The position numbers were made by a program, and so were the translations under genes. Source: Ylistrum balloti (lineage: Eukaryota). Taken from it: a stretch of 64,000 nucleotides of DNA. The notes beneath the pieces were generated by a model. That model was not told the origin of the DNA. It made no database searches and saw only the letters and a list, made by a program, of their open reading frames with translations. Each line of letters opens with the position of its first letter. Position 1 is the stretch's first letter. Where the stretch lies: contig NW_026783008.1 of assembly GCF_031769215.1 (NCBI RefSeq), positions 62,001 to 126,000 on the forward strand. Direction: 5' to 3'. Positions 15,103-29,076 of this stretch are shown here, one piece after another.

Positions 15103-15592
15103 CATAATTCTTGGACTGGCTCTCTACATAATAAATGTGCATAATTCTTGGACTGGCCCTCCATAATAAAACATAATTCATGGCCCTCCATAATAAATGT
15201 GTGGACTGGCCCTCCATAATAAATGTGCATAATTCTTGGACTGGCCCTCCATAATAAATGTGCATAATTCTTGGACTGGCCCTCCATAATAAATGTGCAT
15301 AATTCTTGGACTGGCCCTCCATAATAAATGTGCATAATTCTTAATAAATGTGCATAATTCTTGGACTGGCATAATTCTGGCCCTCCATAATAAATGTGCA
15401 TAATTCTTGGACTGGCCCTCCATAATAAATGTGCATAATTCTTGGACTGGCCCTCCATAATAAATGTGCATAATTCTTGGACTGGCACTCCATAATAAAT
15501 GTGCATAATTCTTGGACTGGCCCTCCATAATAAATGTGCATAATTCTTGGACTGGCCCTCCATAATAAATGTGCATAATTCTTGGACTGGCA
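15103..15592. repeat. 35-bp minisatellite, about 13 copies with internal deletions
   Basis: Unit AATTCTTGGACTGGCCCTCCATAATAAATGTGCAT. Confidence 0.95.
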
Positions 15593-16002
15593 CGAAAACT
15601 TGCTTCATCCATGATGGACAGGCACTCTGGGAAAACTACCCAATAATAGTATGAACATTACAACATTCTCAGTTATAGATCAGTAACTTGTTTACACCCA
15701 CCTCTATATCTATGGAGAAACATCATTGTTTTGAGGATATGATAAATTAGGTGTCAGCTGTGTTTATCATGATGTACTCTGTCTTGGTGCTCCTGTACTC
15801 TAAGACATTCATTCCTGTCAGGTTTACACCTAGTTCGTTTCAGTTTTGAAGCATATCCCTTCTACCTATTACAGTGACATCAACATCTGTCTAAAAATGA
15901 ATTCCGGATTCCTTAGTCATCATCAGATTGTCCGTTTCTGTCTTGCAGATAGGAAACTTTTCCTCTATTCTTCAGTACTATGTCAACACATGTGTTTTTG
16001 GA

Positions 16003-16194
16003 AAGTTCCTTTTGAACCCCCCACCCAAAATGACTACCAGTAGGCTATAAGTATCTAAAAGGGTTTATTTTAAGGGGTACCAAGAAAAATTGGGGCATGG
16101 TCTTAAAATCAACCCTTTCAGACACTTGTATTATATTTACCAGGTATAATAACCCATTGGTAGCCACTTTGGGTGGGGGGTTCAAATGGAACTC
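16003..16194. mobile_element. ~190-bp foldback / MITE-like element
   Basis: Left arm GTTCCTTTTGAACCCCCCACCCAAAATGACTACC is the imperfect reverse complement of the right arm; inner arms (TAAGTATCTAAAAGGGTTTATTTTAAG / CTTAAAATCAACCCTTTCAGACACTTG) also pair. No clear target-site duplication. Confidence 0.65.
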
Positions 16195-19100
16195 TTACCA
16201 TTTTTTTTTTAATCTTAATACTTGATTTCTGAATAATTTTTTTTGCATCTATTTTGAAGTTCATTCGTTCATTGTATCTTAAATGAACATTATTTTACAT
16301 CTTTTGTTATGGTTGAAAGGTAACTTCAGTTTTTTCTTCAAAAAATACTTTCTCTGAATATTTCAAATTTTACAACAGAGGTATGGAGGTGTGAAGTTAG
16401 TTAACTAGGTAAGGAGACACATAGTAAACTGGGTATAGAGGCATGAGCTGCTGGCTTTAATGTGTGAAGTTAGTAAACAAGATAGGAATAAGATTCAAAT
16501 TTCCATCTATATGCTAGCTGCAATTTCTCAAACTTAAAATGAATGAAAACTACAGCTAAAAGAACCCTTTGAGAAAATAACCGTTCTAAATTTAGAATGA
16601 AAATAGAAAACGCAGTCATTGAATAAATGATGTATTGATTATCCTGGCTGTTCACCCGACAAAGGATAAGAAGGGCTTTAAAAAGTCTCAGATATCGTGT
16701 TGGTCTATAATATTGGTCGAGTAAAGAAAGATTACTCCAGTTTCCACACTTCGAAAAAAAGATTTAAAGATTTCACTGTAATAACACTGGTGTCTTTACA
16801 CATGAACAAACATGTCCTTAAGTAAAATCTATGTACTACTCCACGTGCTAGCCATGTGCTCTCGGGCTACAAGTACAGTGTACTGATAGTCTCAAGTGGT
16901 ACGAACAAGAGGACATGGGTCATCAATCACCAGTGGTCACATGACCAGTCAGAGTAGCCAATCAGAAACCTTGTCTCAAATGTAGAGGCAACTTTGAATG
17001 CTATGTAAAGGAGTGGAGTTTGTTGGTGTATAGAGATGGCCTGTGTCTCTCTACTGATCAGTTGTGATGGAAACAAGTAGTAGTGAGTGTATTTAGGTCA
17101 CAGAAGTGGAGTCTTAAGGGTGTCCCATTTAGGGCTTGTATATTTGGGTCATGAACGTCACTTGTGATTAGTTGAATTATTCACAAGGCCTTGAAGTACA
17201 TAGTAAGGCCGCTGATCCCCAAATTACATAAATATTTATTTGTGAGGCCTTCAACTCATTTCTCTGAGCTTTCATAGTAGATGTTGAAAGTGTCAACTGA
17301 GGTATGTGTATAGTTGTGGGCTGTTGATACAGTGATACCTGTAGTTGTAACTGTTGTGACACAAGATCCAGGCCGATGTGTGGGAGATTAGGTCTAATGA
17401 GACCGACAAGGCTATAATCGTGAATAGTTATATATGTGTAAACAGACATCGGTGATTTAGCCACAGTAGTACAACTCTACCAAGGAATTATTGCTATAGC
17501 GATCAGAGCACTGTCCTCGTTACAGTAAGGATTACCTGACAGCTGAAGTGAAAGGGAATCAGCAGAATTTATCAACTCAGCAAATTTTCTAAAAAATTTG
17601 TGATTTCTCTTCTGGATGGTAATATTTTCTTCAACAATTGTACCTTGGAAAACTTTTGAAGTCAGAACTTGTAGAGAAAACATTGGTTTTAAATAATAAA
17701 ACAATTTAGTTGAGAAAACGTGGCTGTTATGTACTGACTGACAGTTTTGTACTTTCTGTGTGCACCACATGGTTATAGCTCTGGTATAAAACAGGAAGTT
17801 TAGCACACAGTGAAAATAAACATGGAGACAACGAAAATGAACGGAAAGGGAAGGACCAGCATGAGAGAGGATAGTGGCCAATAAATACAAGGACAGCACC
17901 ATTAGTCTGGGTGAGACTTCAAACACAACCAGACCATGTTGGCTGTAACTTCTACTGTGTGTATAGACAACAGACTATTGTAACTAGTCAAAGCATACCG
18001 ACATTGAAGGGCTCTTCAACCTTGTGTCTATCTAATTTACAGATTGTGTGTGTTTCGGTGCTGTTAGAACTGTGGCTATATATTTGTCTGATTGAGGATA
18101 GTACAGATCTACTTTCTATGTTGACGAGAAACGGAGATGTATTCATGATGTGCATTGCTGAAAAACATTTGATGGTTCGGGAAAAATTTAATAAAAACTA
18201 TTAACAGTATTTTTATATCGATTGAAAGCTTTAATTTACAGCTTTAACATAACATGATTTGAATTTGTGCTGACTGTCAATTTAGAGAAACAGGTTATTG
18301 TACTCTTAGTAGTTACTTGAATCAGAATTCTTAAGACTAGTGGAATCATGGTTCTAAAGGATATAGATGTTAACACTTGCACACATTGCAACACACCTGA
18401 TGACTTACAGAAACCGCGGAAACGAAGACATGTGTCTGTACAGCTGGACTTCGGGGACCTAGATGACGTATGTACATACTCTGTCAGGTGATCCTGATAG
18501 CTCTTAGTCATTAGTACATTCCAGTACAATCTGTCACATCAAACATTATGTTTATTACACTTATAAACTTATCTAACCACACAATGCAAGAACACATACC
18601 ACTGTACAATCATCTATCTATCACATCTATTGTATAATTATTTAAATTCCATTGTTGGTGTCTTATATTAGAAATACAAGCCTTTTTCTGGGAGGGAGGG
18701 GGAAGGATTCTGTGGAGCCGAATATGGGCCACATCAATTTTGTATTTATTTCATGATATGGCTGTAAGTTCCCAAAATGTATAGTTCAGTTTTAAAACAT
18801 TCTTTCCCAGTTGATCAATTTCCTTCCCAAAATGAGATAAAAAGACTCATTTCAAATTGAGAAGAGGAAAAGGCTGTACTTTTCTGTTTTTGTCACTGTT
18901 TTAAGCCATTCATTTTTCTTATTTATTTATTGTAGATTATCTCCCTTGGAGAAATCTGATGTATTTTGTTATTTGCGTCATGCATAATTGTTTTTGTACA
19001 GTTTTTTGTAAACATATAAACACAAATATATAATAATTGTATTTTTTCTCAAACAGCATTTTCTTAGTGTCTACATCTAATACCAAGTGTCTTGCCCTGA

Positions 19101-19237
19101 GAATATGTGAGCATTGATTACGAGTGTTTACATCTCTTCAGAAGTGAAGAACTACAAGTTCATAATGTCTAGTGATCATTTATTCAAAGTGTTTTAAGAC
19201 CAAACTTTCAAAGAGATTTTAAGTTCTTACTTTGTAA

Positions 19238-19480
<243 letters not shown>

Positions 19481-22400
19481 TGAATTAAGAATGTTGAATT
19501 AAATGTATTGGTTACCTGTTGGATGGTGTTGAAAATTGTTTAAGTCATTTCGAAAATATTTTTGTATAAGTTTGTGAAAACTATTGTAATTACTTGTTTA
19601 TACTACAGTTCAAATGATTTCTACTCTAACAAAAACCTAGAACAATGACCTCAGATGAACAGTTCTCTAGCTATGTTTCCTTGTATGGGAAGATTGGGTT
19701 TTATGCTATACACAATGTTGCTGAGTACACTAGGAGGCTGACCTTGGTTCTATACAAGCTGCTTTCTAAGCCACTTACTATTTGATCATTACATAACCAG
19801 TAATTTACCATTCATCTGATTTATACCCCCGCAAGGCAGAAAACCACTTTTGCTAGATTTTCAATTTAAAAAATAAAATTTAACCACAATCCTTAAAAAA
19901 GTTATCAACATAAAATATGTCAATCTTGTTTATTTTCTGAAAGGATGTATGATAAAAGTTTAAATTATATAACATTTATCAGGGTTACAATTTAATCCTA
20001 AATTGGACTAAATTACTTAAGATAGTTTATTTCAGTTTGAAAGATGTTAGTCATTCCTCGCTGACAACGAACTACAAAAACAAGTGTGAAAAATTGAAAA
20101 TTGAAGGGGGAAAAAAAGAATGATATTAAGGAGAAAAACAACAAACAAAAGCCTTGTGATTATTTATGACAGGTAGACGTTGAATTTAAAATCAGACCTG
20201 CAGCTGTGTTCTTGTTGTTAGTATTGATAGTGTTTAACGGTTACATTTGAAGCAGAGACTTTTATGGTTGAATGCATAATATATTTAATGTCGCCAAAGT
20301 TTTCTTATCTACAGGTTAAAAATAATATCTAAGTGCTCTTGATTTGTGTGTAAATTTTTTATTGGATCAAATTTGTTTAAATTTCAAACTTTCAAACATC
20401 AATGCTTGAAAGAAAAAAAAAAACCAACAAAGTACATAATGCTAAAGAATTTCGAATGTCATTAAAAGGTTTGTATTGTATGATCAGCAGCTGGTGGCTT
20501 GTGCTGATAGACCATCATAAGTAAAAGATTTAGAACAGGCCATTAGAAGCCTTTAACAGTGATGGACCAGCGCTTAACAGATACCCACGTTTTTCTGTGT
20601 AAAAATGAATTTGATACAAAGAAGAGATCAATAGAGCTACTGTTAGCTTTTATCAGTGGTAATTGAGTCATCTGTACATATATATATTGGCTTACTTTTT
20701 TCTTGGTCATTAGTCAGTCCTTTTTATGTCTCTGGCAGGTGTTTGGTTCGGCATGTGTCATGTCACATACAGTCTCCTATGTCATAGGTTAACAGTCAGA
20801 CTTCGTTTTTTATGGATGATGAAGTTTGTTTATAAAACTCTGTTTTAATTTAAACCATTTATTGTTGGGGGCACCTGCCTTGAAAAAATGAGTAAGCGTA
20901 GAACTACTTTATTCTATTTCACAAATTCATTTTGCTATTTTGTGTCAGATTGTCAGAAGAGGGATTTATTTTTCAATGAATTCATGAAATTTGATTTTCA
21001 ACTCCATTGAATTTTTAAGAATATCATTACTGTTAAAAAGAAGAAAAAAATAAGGAAAAAAAAAACAACTTCTAATTCAGTAATTAAAAATTGTTAACCC
21101 CATGTATCTCTGATGCTTTTCCTGTTTTCTAGACTAGACAAAGTTATCTTTCCCTGCTGTTCAAATTCCTACACACAGGTTTTCCCACTGATTACAAAAG
21201 GGACCCCTTCCTTAGTGCCACCTGCCCAATCTACAGGTTCAACTTTTGAAAAGTTTTCAGTTTTGAATTCTTTCAAACTTTTGGTCACCCCTATCCAAAC
21301 TGACACCATCTGCCAGGGGTCCAGTACTTCTCTTAGAAGTCAGAAAACTTTTCAAAGAAGTTCTCAACACCTTTCTTAGTTACCCCTGCTCGCCATCTGC
21401 CTAGACTTCTCACGCGCAATCACTCGCAGACATCAGCCAACAGGCAGGTGTCTATGTCTATGTGTAGCTATTATGACTAGGGTGGACAAATTCCGACACA
21501 CTCTGGAGTCCTATGATGAGCAATAAGACATGGTCGGCTGGGCCTTCGACCTTTTGGTTGGTCTGTCTTCTTAGCACCTGGCCTGACTGCCGGCCATGTC
21601 CATCAACACATTTTCGTTTGTTGTTTAGAACACAAAAGACTGAATTTTCTAACGGCACCCGCGTCCGATTGTCATTTGTTGTGAAGGGGGATAACAATAA
21701 CGGGACAGCCATTATAACGGTACTCTGTACTCGTGTCCAAGTTAACTTTGTTTGGAGGCTACAACAATAGAGGAAAATTATAACGGTCCTCACCGCCAAA
21801 GTTTTGTTTGTTGTCAATAGTAGTCTGCTTGCCAAGTGTCATTTGTTTTCCAGAGACACAAAAGATTTAAAAGGCAATTATAACGTGTAGATCTAGGAAG
21901 TACCACTGACTGATCAAGTACTAGGATGATAGATTAGAAGAAAGTACTCACCTTATTGTTGATGTGCTGGAAATTTGAATAATTCTGAACAGTTACTTGA
22001 GAGAAATACACTTAAGCTTTAGAAGGGAAATCCAACAGAATTATTTGATAATGGAAGTCTTTATCATTCATTAAAATTCAGTGAGCTAGTTTATACATTA
22101 CTACTTGATAGGTAATCCAAAACTTTGTGTGATCCCAATAAGATAAGGTAAAATATTTAAGCTTATCAGGCCTTTATTGAGCTGTAATTTTAATAAGAAC
22201 AGCTGAAATTGATACAATTGACTGATCTTCCAATGAAAATTTGTAAAGTATCAAAATATTTTTTTTTTTCGAATTATATCTCTTCAATTGGTAATTGTGA
22301 ATTTGTTGAAGCTTGACTCCCCAGCAACAAGCTGACCTTTAACCCAACACCCTAGTCTTGTGCCCTCGGTACCCGACTGCCCTTACCTGCCAAATTAGCA

Positions 22401-23621
22401 TACAGGTGAGATGCATGTGTCGGCCGTGCACCTGTCCGTACCTGTAGAATACCTGTTGAATGCCTCCATGCGCCATCGAGTGCCTGCCTGGTACGTCCGC
22501 GGTCGAACAGATAATAATTCGCCAAGCAATTACATGTGTATAAAAAATGAATCGACCTTGATCTGGTCACAGTCTGGCGAGTCTTGAGTATGGACAATGC
22601 AGCTTGTTCACGCCCTACAGACACAGCGATGGAGGGTCTTTAGACAGGTGGAAATATTGACAAACTGTCAAAACTTAACGGTCCAATCTACGTACAGACG
22701 TGACACCTTAAAAAGTTAATGAATCTCACTATCTTTTAACAATATCTATACACTAATTCCACTGTAAAAATTACTCTACCAAAAAAAAAAAAAAAAAAAG
22801 ACAGGTGAAAAATATTGATCACCTGAGTGTCACAAATGTCAACAAAGAAAGCCATCATTTCCTCATTTGGAGATTTTGGCTAAGACTGGTTCATTTATAA
22901 AGGTTATGTTATTCATCTAAAATGTTTCCTTTTCTTAAAGAAACTTTTTAAGGAAAGTTTTATGATTGTTGATTAAGTAGGTGGATGAGAAATAATAGAA
23001 AGTTATAGAGGTGATTCAGGATCAGGTCCTTTACAGGTGTGACGTGCACAGGTGTTTTACCACAAATATGTCAAAATGGGGAAAAAATGGACTTCATTTT
23101 TTTTTTGTTTACACAGAAAATGGCATTTGTACTGGTAAATTTGACATGTGTAATAAGAAACTAATTAAGTATGGATGAATTATCTTTTCAAAATTAACAT
23201 ATTTTTTTTTTACCTGATTTAGAATTAAGTTTCTTCAGGTATCCTGTAAATATTGTGCTTATTGGCTTATACTGTTATTTTTCATATTTGTTTTATATTT
23301 ATTTTGTTTTAAATGTTTATCATTGTTCCAGATAAATCTGCATTCAATCAAAAAATTAGAATCCTGCACTTTGTATACTGTCTTAAATACATTTCCTGCC
23401 TTAAAACTAAAAAGTTAGGGTTATTCCAGTAAAACATCAATAAACCCAAAGACTCTAGGTTTTGTTTAGGGTTAATCCAGTAAAACATCTATCCCTCAGA
23501 GCACCAGGGTTGATGAAGTGTAACAACCGTAAATTTAAACAATAGTTTTCTTAGAAATAATATGCAGGAAAGCAAGGATAGAAATGATTCTTTTGGAGTC
23601 TTGTGGTCAGGAAGAAAGAAA

Positions 23622-24892
23622 ATGACACACATGTTACTGTAAGAGAATGACACATGTTACTGTAAGAGAATGACACATGTTACTGTAAGAAAATGACACA
23701 CATGTTACTGTAAGAGAATGACACACATGTTACTGTAAGAGAATGACACATGTTACTGTAAGAAAATGACACACATGTTACTGTAAGAGTGTTACTGTAA
23801 GAGAATGACACATGTTACTGTAAGAGAATGACACACATGTTACTGTAAGAGAATGACACACATGTTACTGAAAGAGAATGACACACATGTTACTGTAAGA
23901 GAATGACACATGTTACTGTAAGAGAATGACACATGTTACTGTAAGAGAATGACACACATGTTACTGTAAGAGAATGACACACATGTTACTGTAAGAGAAT
24001 GACACACATGTTACTGTAAGAGAATGACACATGTTACTGTAAGAGTGTTACTGTAAGAGAATGACACATGTTACTGTAAGAGTGTTACTGTAAGAGAATG
24101 ACACATGTTACTGTAAGAGAATGACACAGATGTTACTGTAAGAGAATGACACACATGTTACTGTAAGAGAATGACACATGTTACTGTAAGAGAATGACAC
24201 ACATGTTACTGTAAGAGAATGACACACATGTTACTGTAAGAGAATGACACATGTTACTGTAAGAGAATGACACATGTTACTGTAAGAGAATGACACACAT
24301 GTTACTGTAAGAGAATGACACACATGTTACTGTAAGAGAATGACACATGTTACTGTAAGAGAATGACACATGTTACTGTAAGAGAATGACACATGTTACT
24401 GTAAGAGAATGACACACATGTTACTGTAAGAGAATGACACATGTTACTGTAAGAGAATGACACATGTTACTGTAAGAGAATGACACACATGTTACTGTAA
24501 GAGAATGACACACATGTTACTGTAAGAGAATGACACATGTTACTGTAAGAGAATGACACATGTTACTGTAAGAGAATGACACACATGTTACTGTAAGAGA
24601 ATGACACAGATGTTACTGTAAGAGAATGACACAGATGTTACTGTAAGAGAATGACACATGTTACTGTAAGAGTAAGAGAATGACACATGTTACTGTAAGA
24701 AAATGACACACATGTTACTGTAAGAGAATGACACACATGTTACTGTAAGAGAATGACACATGTTACTGTAAGAGAATGACACATGTTACTGTAAGAGAAT
24801 GACACATGTTACTGTAAGAGAATGACACATGTTACTGTAAGAGAATGACACATGTTACTGTAAGAGAATGACACATGTTACTTTAAGAGAAT
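23622..24892. repeat. 23/25-bp minisatellite, about 50 copies
   Basis: Unit GTTACTGTAAGAGAATGACAC(AC)AT; ends about 38 nt before the 24930 acceptor. Confidence 0.97.
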
Positions 24893-24929
24893 GATGTATG
24901 AATATTGATTTCATTTTATTTCTTTTTAG

Positions 24930-25194
<265 letters not shown>

Positions 25195-25462
25195 ACACTT
25201 ATTGGAAATTACACTATAACAGAAAAAACTTGTTGGCAATACATTTTGGGGAAGATTAAAACATGATAAGAACATTTTAGAAAAGATATTTAAAAAAGTA
25301 TTGGTAATGTACTTGTGGGGAAGATAAAATTTATTGGAAATAGTAAGTCACCATATCAAAACATTGGTTTTCAAGATTTTCATTAAAAATTTCTTGGTCC
25401 TGCACTTGCATTGCCGTGTTTCGTTTATTAACAGTACAATCTGTTGTGTATGCTAATGTTAA

Positions 25463-25813
<351 letters not shown>

Positions 25814-26202
25814 TAGTGATTGCATTGTCAATGAGTGAGTTCTATCATCTACAACGGCATTTGTCTATGTAATGTACATATAACACCAGATACTTTGAAT
25901 GGTTTGTCTGGACAACCACGGCTCAAACACTGCTTTACTGATGTTCAAATTGGTTGTCATCGGAATAGCAGCTTGTGTAATTCCATCAGATGGAACAGCC
26001 TTACTGTAGTAAATGGTAAAATCAGCTGAATTGTTGCAAAAACTAAAGCTGAGATTTTGGTCTTAACGTTATTCCAAATTTGTTTTAAATTTGAAGCAAG
26101 GGTAATCAAATTGTCATTTTAGTTTAATTGAACATTGTGGTTTAAAAATTGAATCTACATCATGAAACAGCGATAAACTTAGAAATAGATCTAATGCAAA
26201 TG

Positions 26203-26548
26203 TAATGGACAGGCAGACAGACAGAACAAATGCTGTATGTTTGGTTCAAAAACTTTTAGCAAATGTGACGGACAGGCAGACAGACAGAACAAATGCTGTA
26301 TGTTTGGTCCAAAAACTCATAACAAATGTGATGGACGGGCAGACAGACAGAACAAATGCTGTATGTTTGGTCCAAAAACTTTTAACAAATGTGATGGACA
26401 GGCAGACAGACAGGAGAAATGCTGTATGTTTGGTCCAAAAACTCGTAACAAATGTGATGGACGGGCAGACAGACAGGACAAATGCTGTATGTTTAGTCCA
26501 AAAACTTGTAACAAATGTGACGAATGGACAGACAGACAGGACAAATGC
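26203..26548. repeat. 63-bp minisatellite, about 5.5 copies
   Basis: Unit ATGGACAGGCAGACAGACAGAACAAATGCTGTATGTTTGGTCCAAAAACTTTTAACAAATGTG; gives 21-aa periodic ORFs. Confidence 0.93.
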
Positions 26549-28121
26549 TTTATCTCCACAAAGGAAGTTTTTGATTGAAAACTTTAAGTTAGTGATAGAT
26601 ATTTGAGTCGCCTTAATCAAGGTTTCACAGAATTCTTTCTTGTAAGTAAAATTACCTCCGAACACTTAGGAATTCCAAATACTTCATTCCCCACAAAAAA
26701 ATAAAAAAAGGAAGATATCTCCAAGTAATCTTTTATTGAAAAATATACATATATAAAGAAAGTAAGTGACTGTTTTGGTCCATCATATCAAAGCCTTGGA
26801 ATTTAATGGCATAAAAACGCTGATGTTAAATCTAGAAGGGAGATAAAGATGTTGGTGAATATAGACTGATACTGTCATAGTGTAGGTGATGAGCCCGGTT
26901 TATCCCCTAGATTCTTAAATCACATTGCCATGTGGTGTCTATCACACTCTAATCTTAGTCTATATAATCAGTGTCTCAAATCCTACCACGCCATTGCACA
27001 CCTCGTCCAGAAATGGCTACCCAACCTATTAGATAACAGGGAAAAATTGGATTTAAAAGAGAAAAGGGAAAAAAAATCATGTCTTTTGGACAATGTTTCA
27101 GCGAGGTTGCAGACAATTTTAATGAAAGTATTAGCTGTAGCCAAGAAGTTATCTTTACAATCAGATGTAGCGATATGCTTGCTAGCTTCTATTGTATATG
27201 TAGGAAATAATTTCTTTTTATAGCTTATTATCTGCTCATGGTTTATCAACATCGAAGATGTCAGTTAAACATTTTCTGTATTCCCTTTTGCCTGGCTTGT
27301 ACCTAGAATTAAGTTTACTGCAAGATTTTCCAGATTTGTACCTCATACATGCAGTTTAAAGATTGGCAAACTAGATAGCATGTTTGAATTTTACACAACA
27401 GGGTGCGAGACGACACTTTAAAAAAAATAATCTTTTGATAATAAGGGGCTGCTTGAACATAAAATAATTATAGAAACACTGAAAAAAAAAAATTGGATTA
27501 GAAAGCAGATTAACAGATATTCAAACAGAGATAAACAGCTGACTAGGAGGTTTGATGTTGGTGAAGGAGGGAACAATACTTGGTTCTGTGTCTGGTTAGG
27601 TACGTGGAGGTCACAGCTTTCGAGCAGTACCTGTTGTCATGTTTGAGTAGCTCTCCTTCATTCATCACACATTCTCTGGATCGTTAGACAATGAGTCTTT
27701 AGGATATTCCAATTTCTCTAATAGATGTTTGAGTTTTTCTTTGGCATGGACTATGTATTATCGATTGTCAACTTAATTTGATATTTATAGGTTTGATCAT
27801 CTTCCACTCGCATCAGATTACATGAAATTTATGAAATTTTTGAGAGAAAAAAATATTGTAAAATTACTTTAGTGAAATAGTTTTTTGTATTCTGACACCA
27901 GTTTTAAAGTTTCCGAAAGAAATGACTGAATTTGATGAAGGTTATGGCAGACAGGTGTTACACATGGTGTTGAATTGGTGTTGTATCTGACTGGTCCCTT
28001 GAACTCAAACTTTGTGAATCATTCACTAAAAAATTAATCATCTCGGCTAGAGATGGTGAGTGGATGTATGTAAGTCAGACTCATGATTACTACCATCTAA
28101 TGAGAATCATCCAACCACTAG

Positions 28122-29076
28122 AGGGGGAGGGGGTTTGTAGGGAAGGAGGGGCTTTTACGGGGGTTTGTAGGGAAGGAGGGGGTTTTACGGGGAGTTGGTA
28201 GGGTAGGAGGGGGTTTTATGAGGAGTTGCTAGGGTAGGAGGGGGTTTTACAGGGAGTTGGTACGGGGGGTTTGTAGGGAAGGAGGGGCTTTTACGGGGGG
28301 TTTGTAGGGAAGGAGGGGCTTTTACGGGGGGTTTGTAGGGAAGGAGGGCCTTTTACGGGGGGTTTGTAGGGAAGGAGGGGCTTTTACGGGGGGTTTGTGG
28401 TAGGGTAGTAGGGTAGGAGGGGGGGGTTTTAGTTGAGGAGTTACGGGGAGTTGGTAGGATAGGAGGGGGTAGGGTAGGAAGGGGTTTTATCGTTTTATGG
28501 GGAGATGGGGAGTTGGTAGGAGATGGTAGGGTAGGAGGGCTTTTACGGGGAGATGGTAGGGTAGGAGGGGGTTTTACGGGGAGTTTATAGGGTAGGAGGG
28601 GGTTTTACGGGGAGTTGGTAGGATAGGAGAGGGTTTTACGGGGAGATGGTAGGGAAGGAGAGGGTTTTACGGGGAGATGGGAGGGTAGGAGAGGGTTTTA
28701 CGGGGAGATGGAAGGGTTTTACGGGGAGATGGAAGGGTAGGAGATGGAAGGGTAGGAGGGGGTTTTACGGGGAGTTGGTAGGGTAGAAAGGGGTTTTATG
28801 AGGAGTTGGTAGGGTAGGAAGGGGTTTTACGGGGAGTTGGTAGGATAGGAGGGGGTTTTACGGGGAGTTGGTAGGATAGGAGAGGGTTTTACGGGGAGAT
28901 GGTAGGGTAGGAGAGGGTTTTACGGGGAGATGGAAGGGTAGAAGGGGGTTTTACGGGGAGATGGTAGGGTAGGAGGGGGTTTTACGGGGAGATGGTAGGG
29001 TAGGAGGGGGTTTTACGGGGAGATGGTAGGGTAGGAGGGGGTTTTACGGGGAGATGGAAGGGTAGGAGGGGGTTTA
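28122..29076. repeat. G-rich ~30-bp minisatellite
   Basis: Variants of GGTAGGGTAGGAGGGGGTTTTACGGGGAG(T/A)T; almost no C on the + strand except in TTACGG. Confidence 0.93.
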
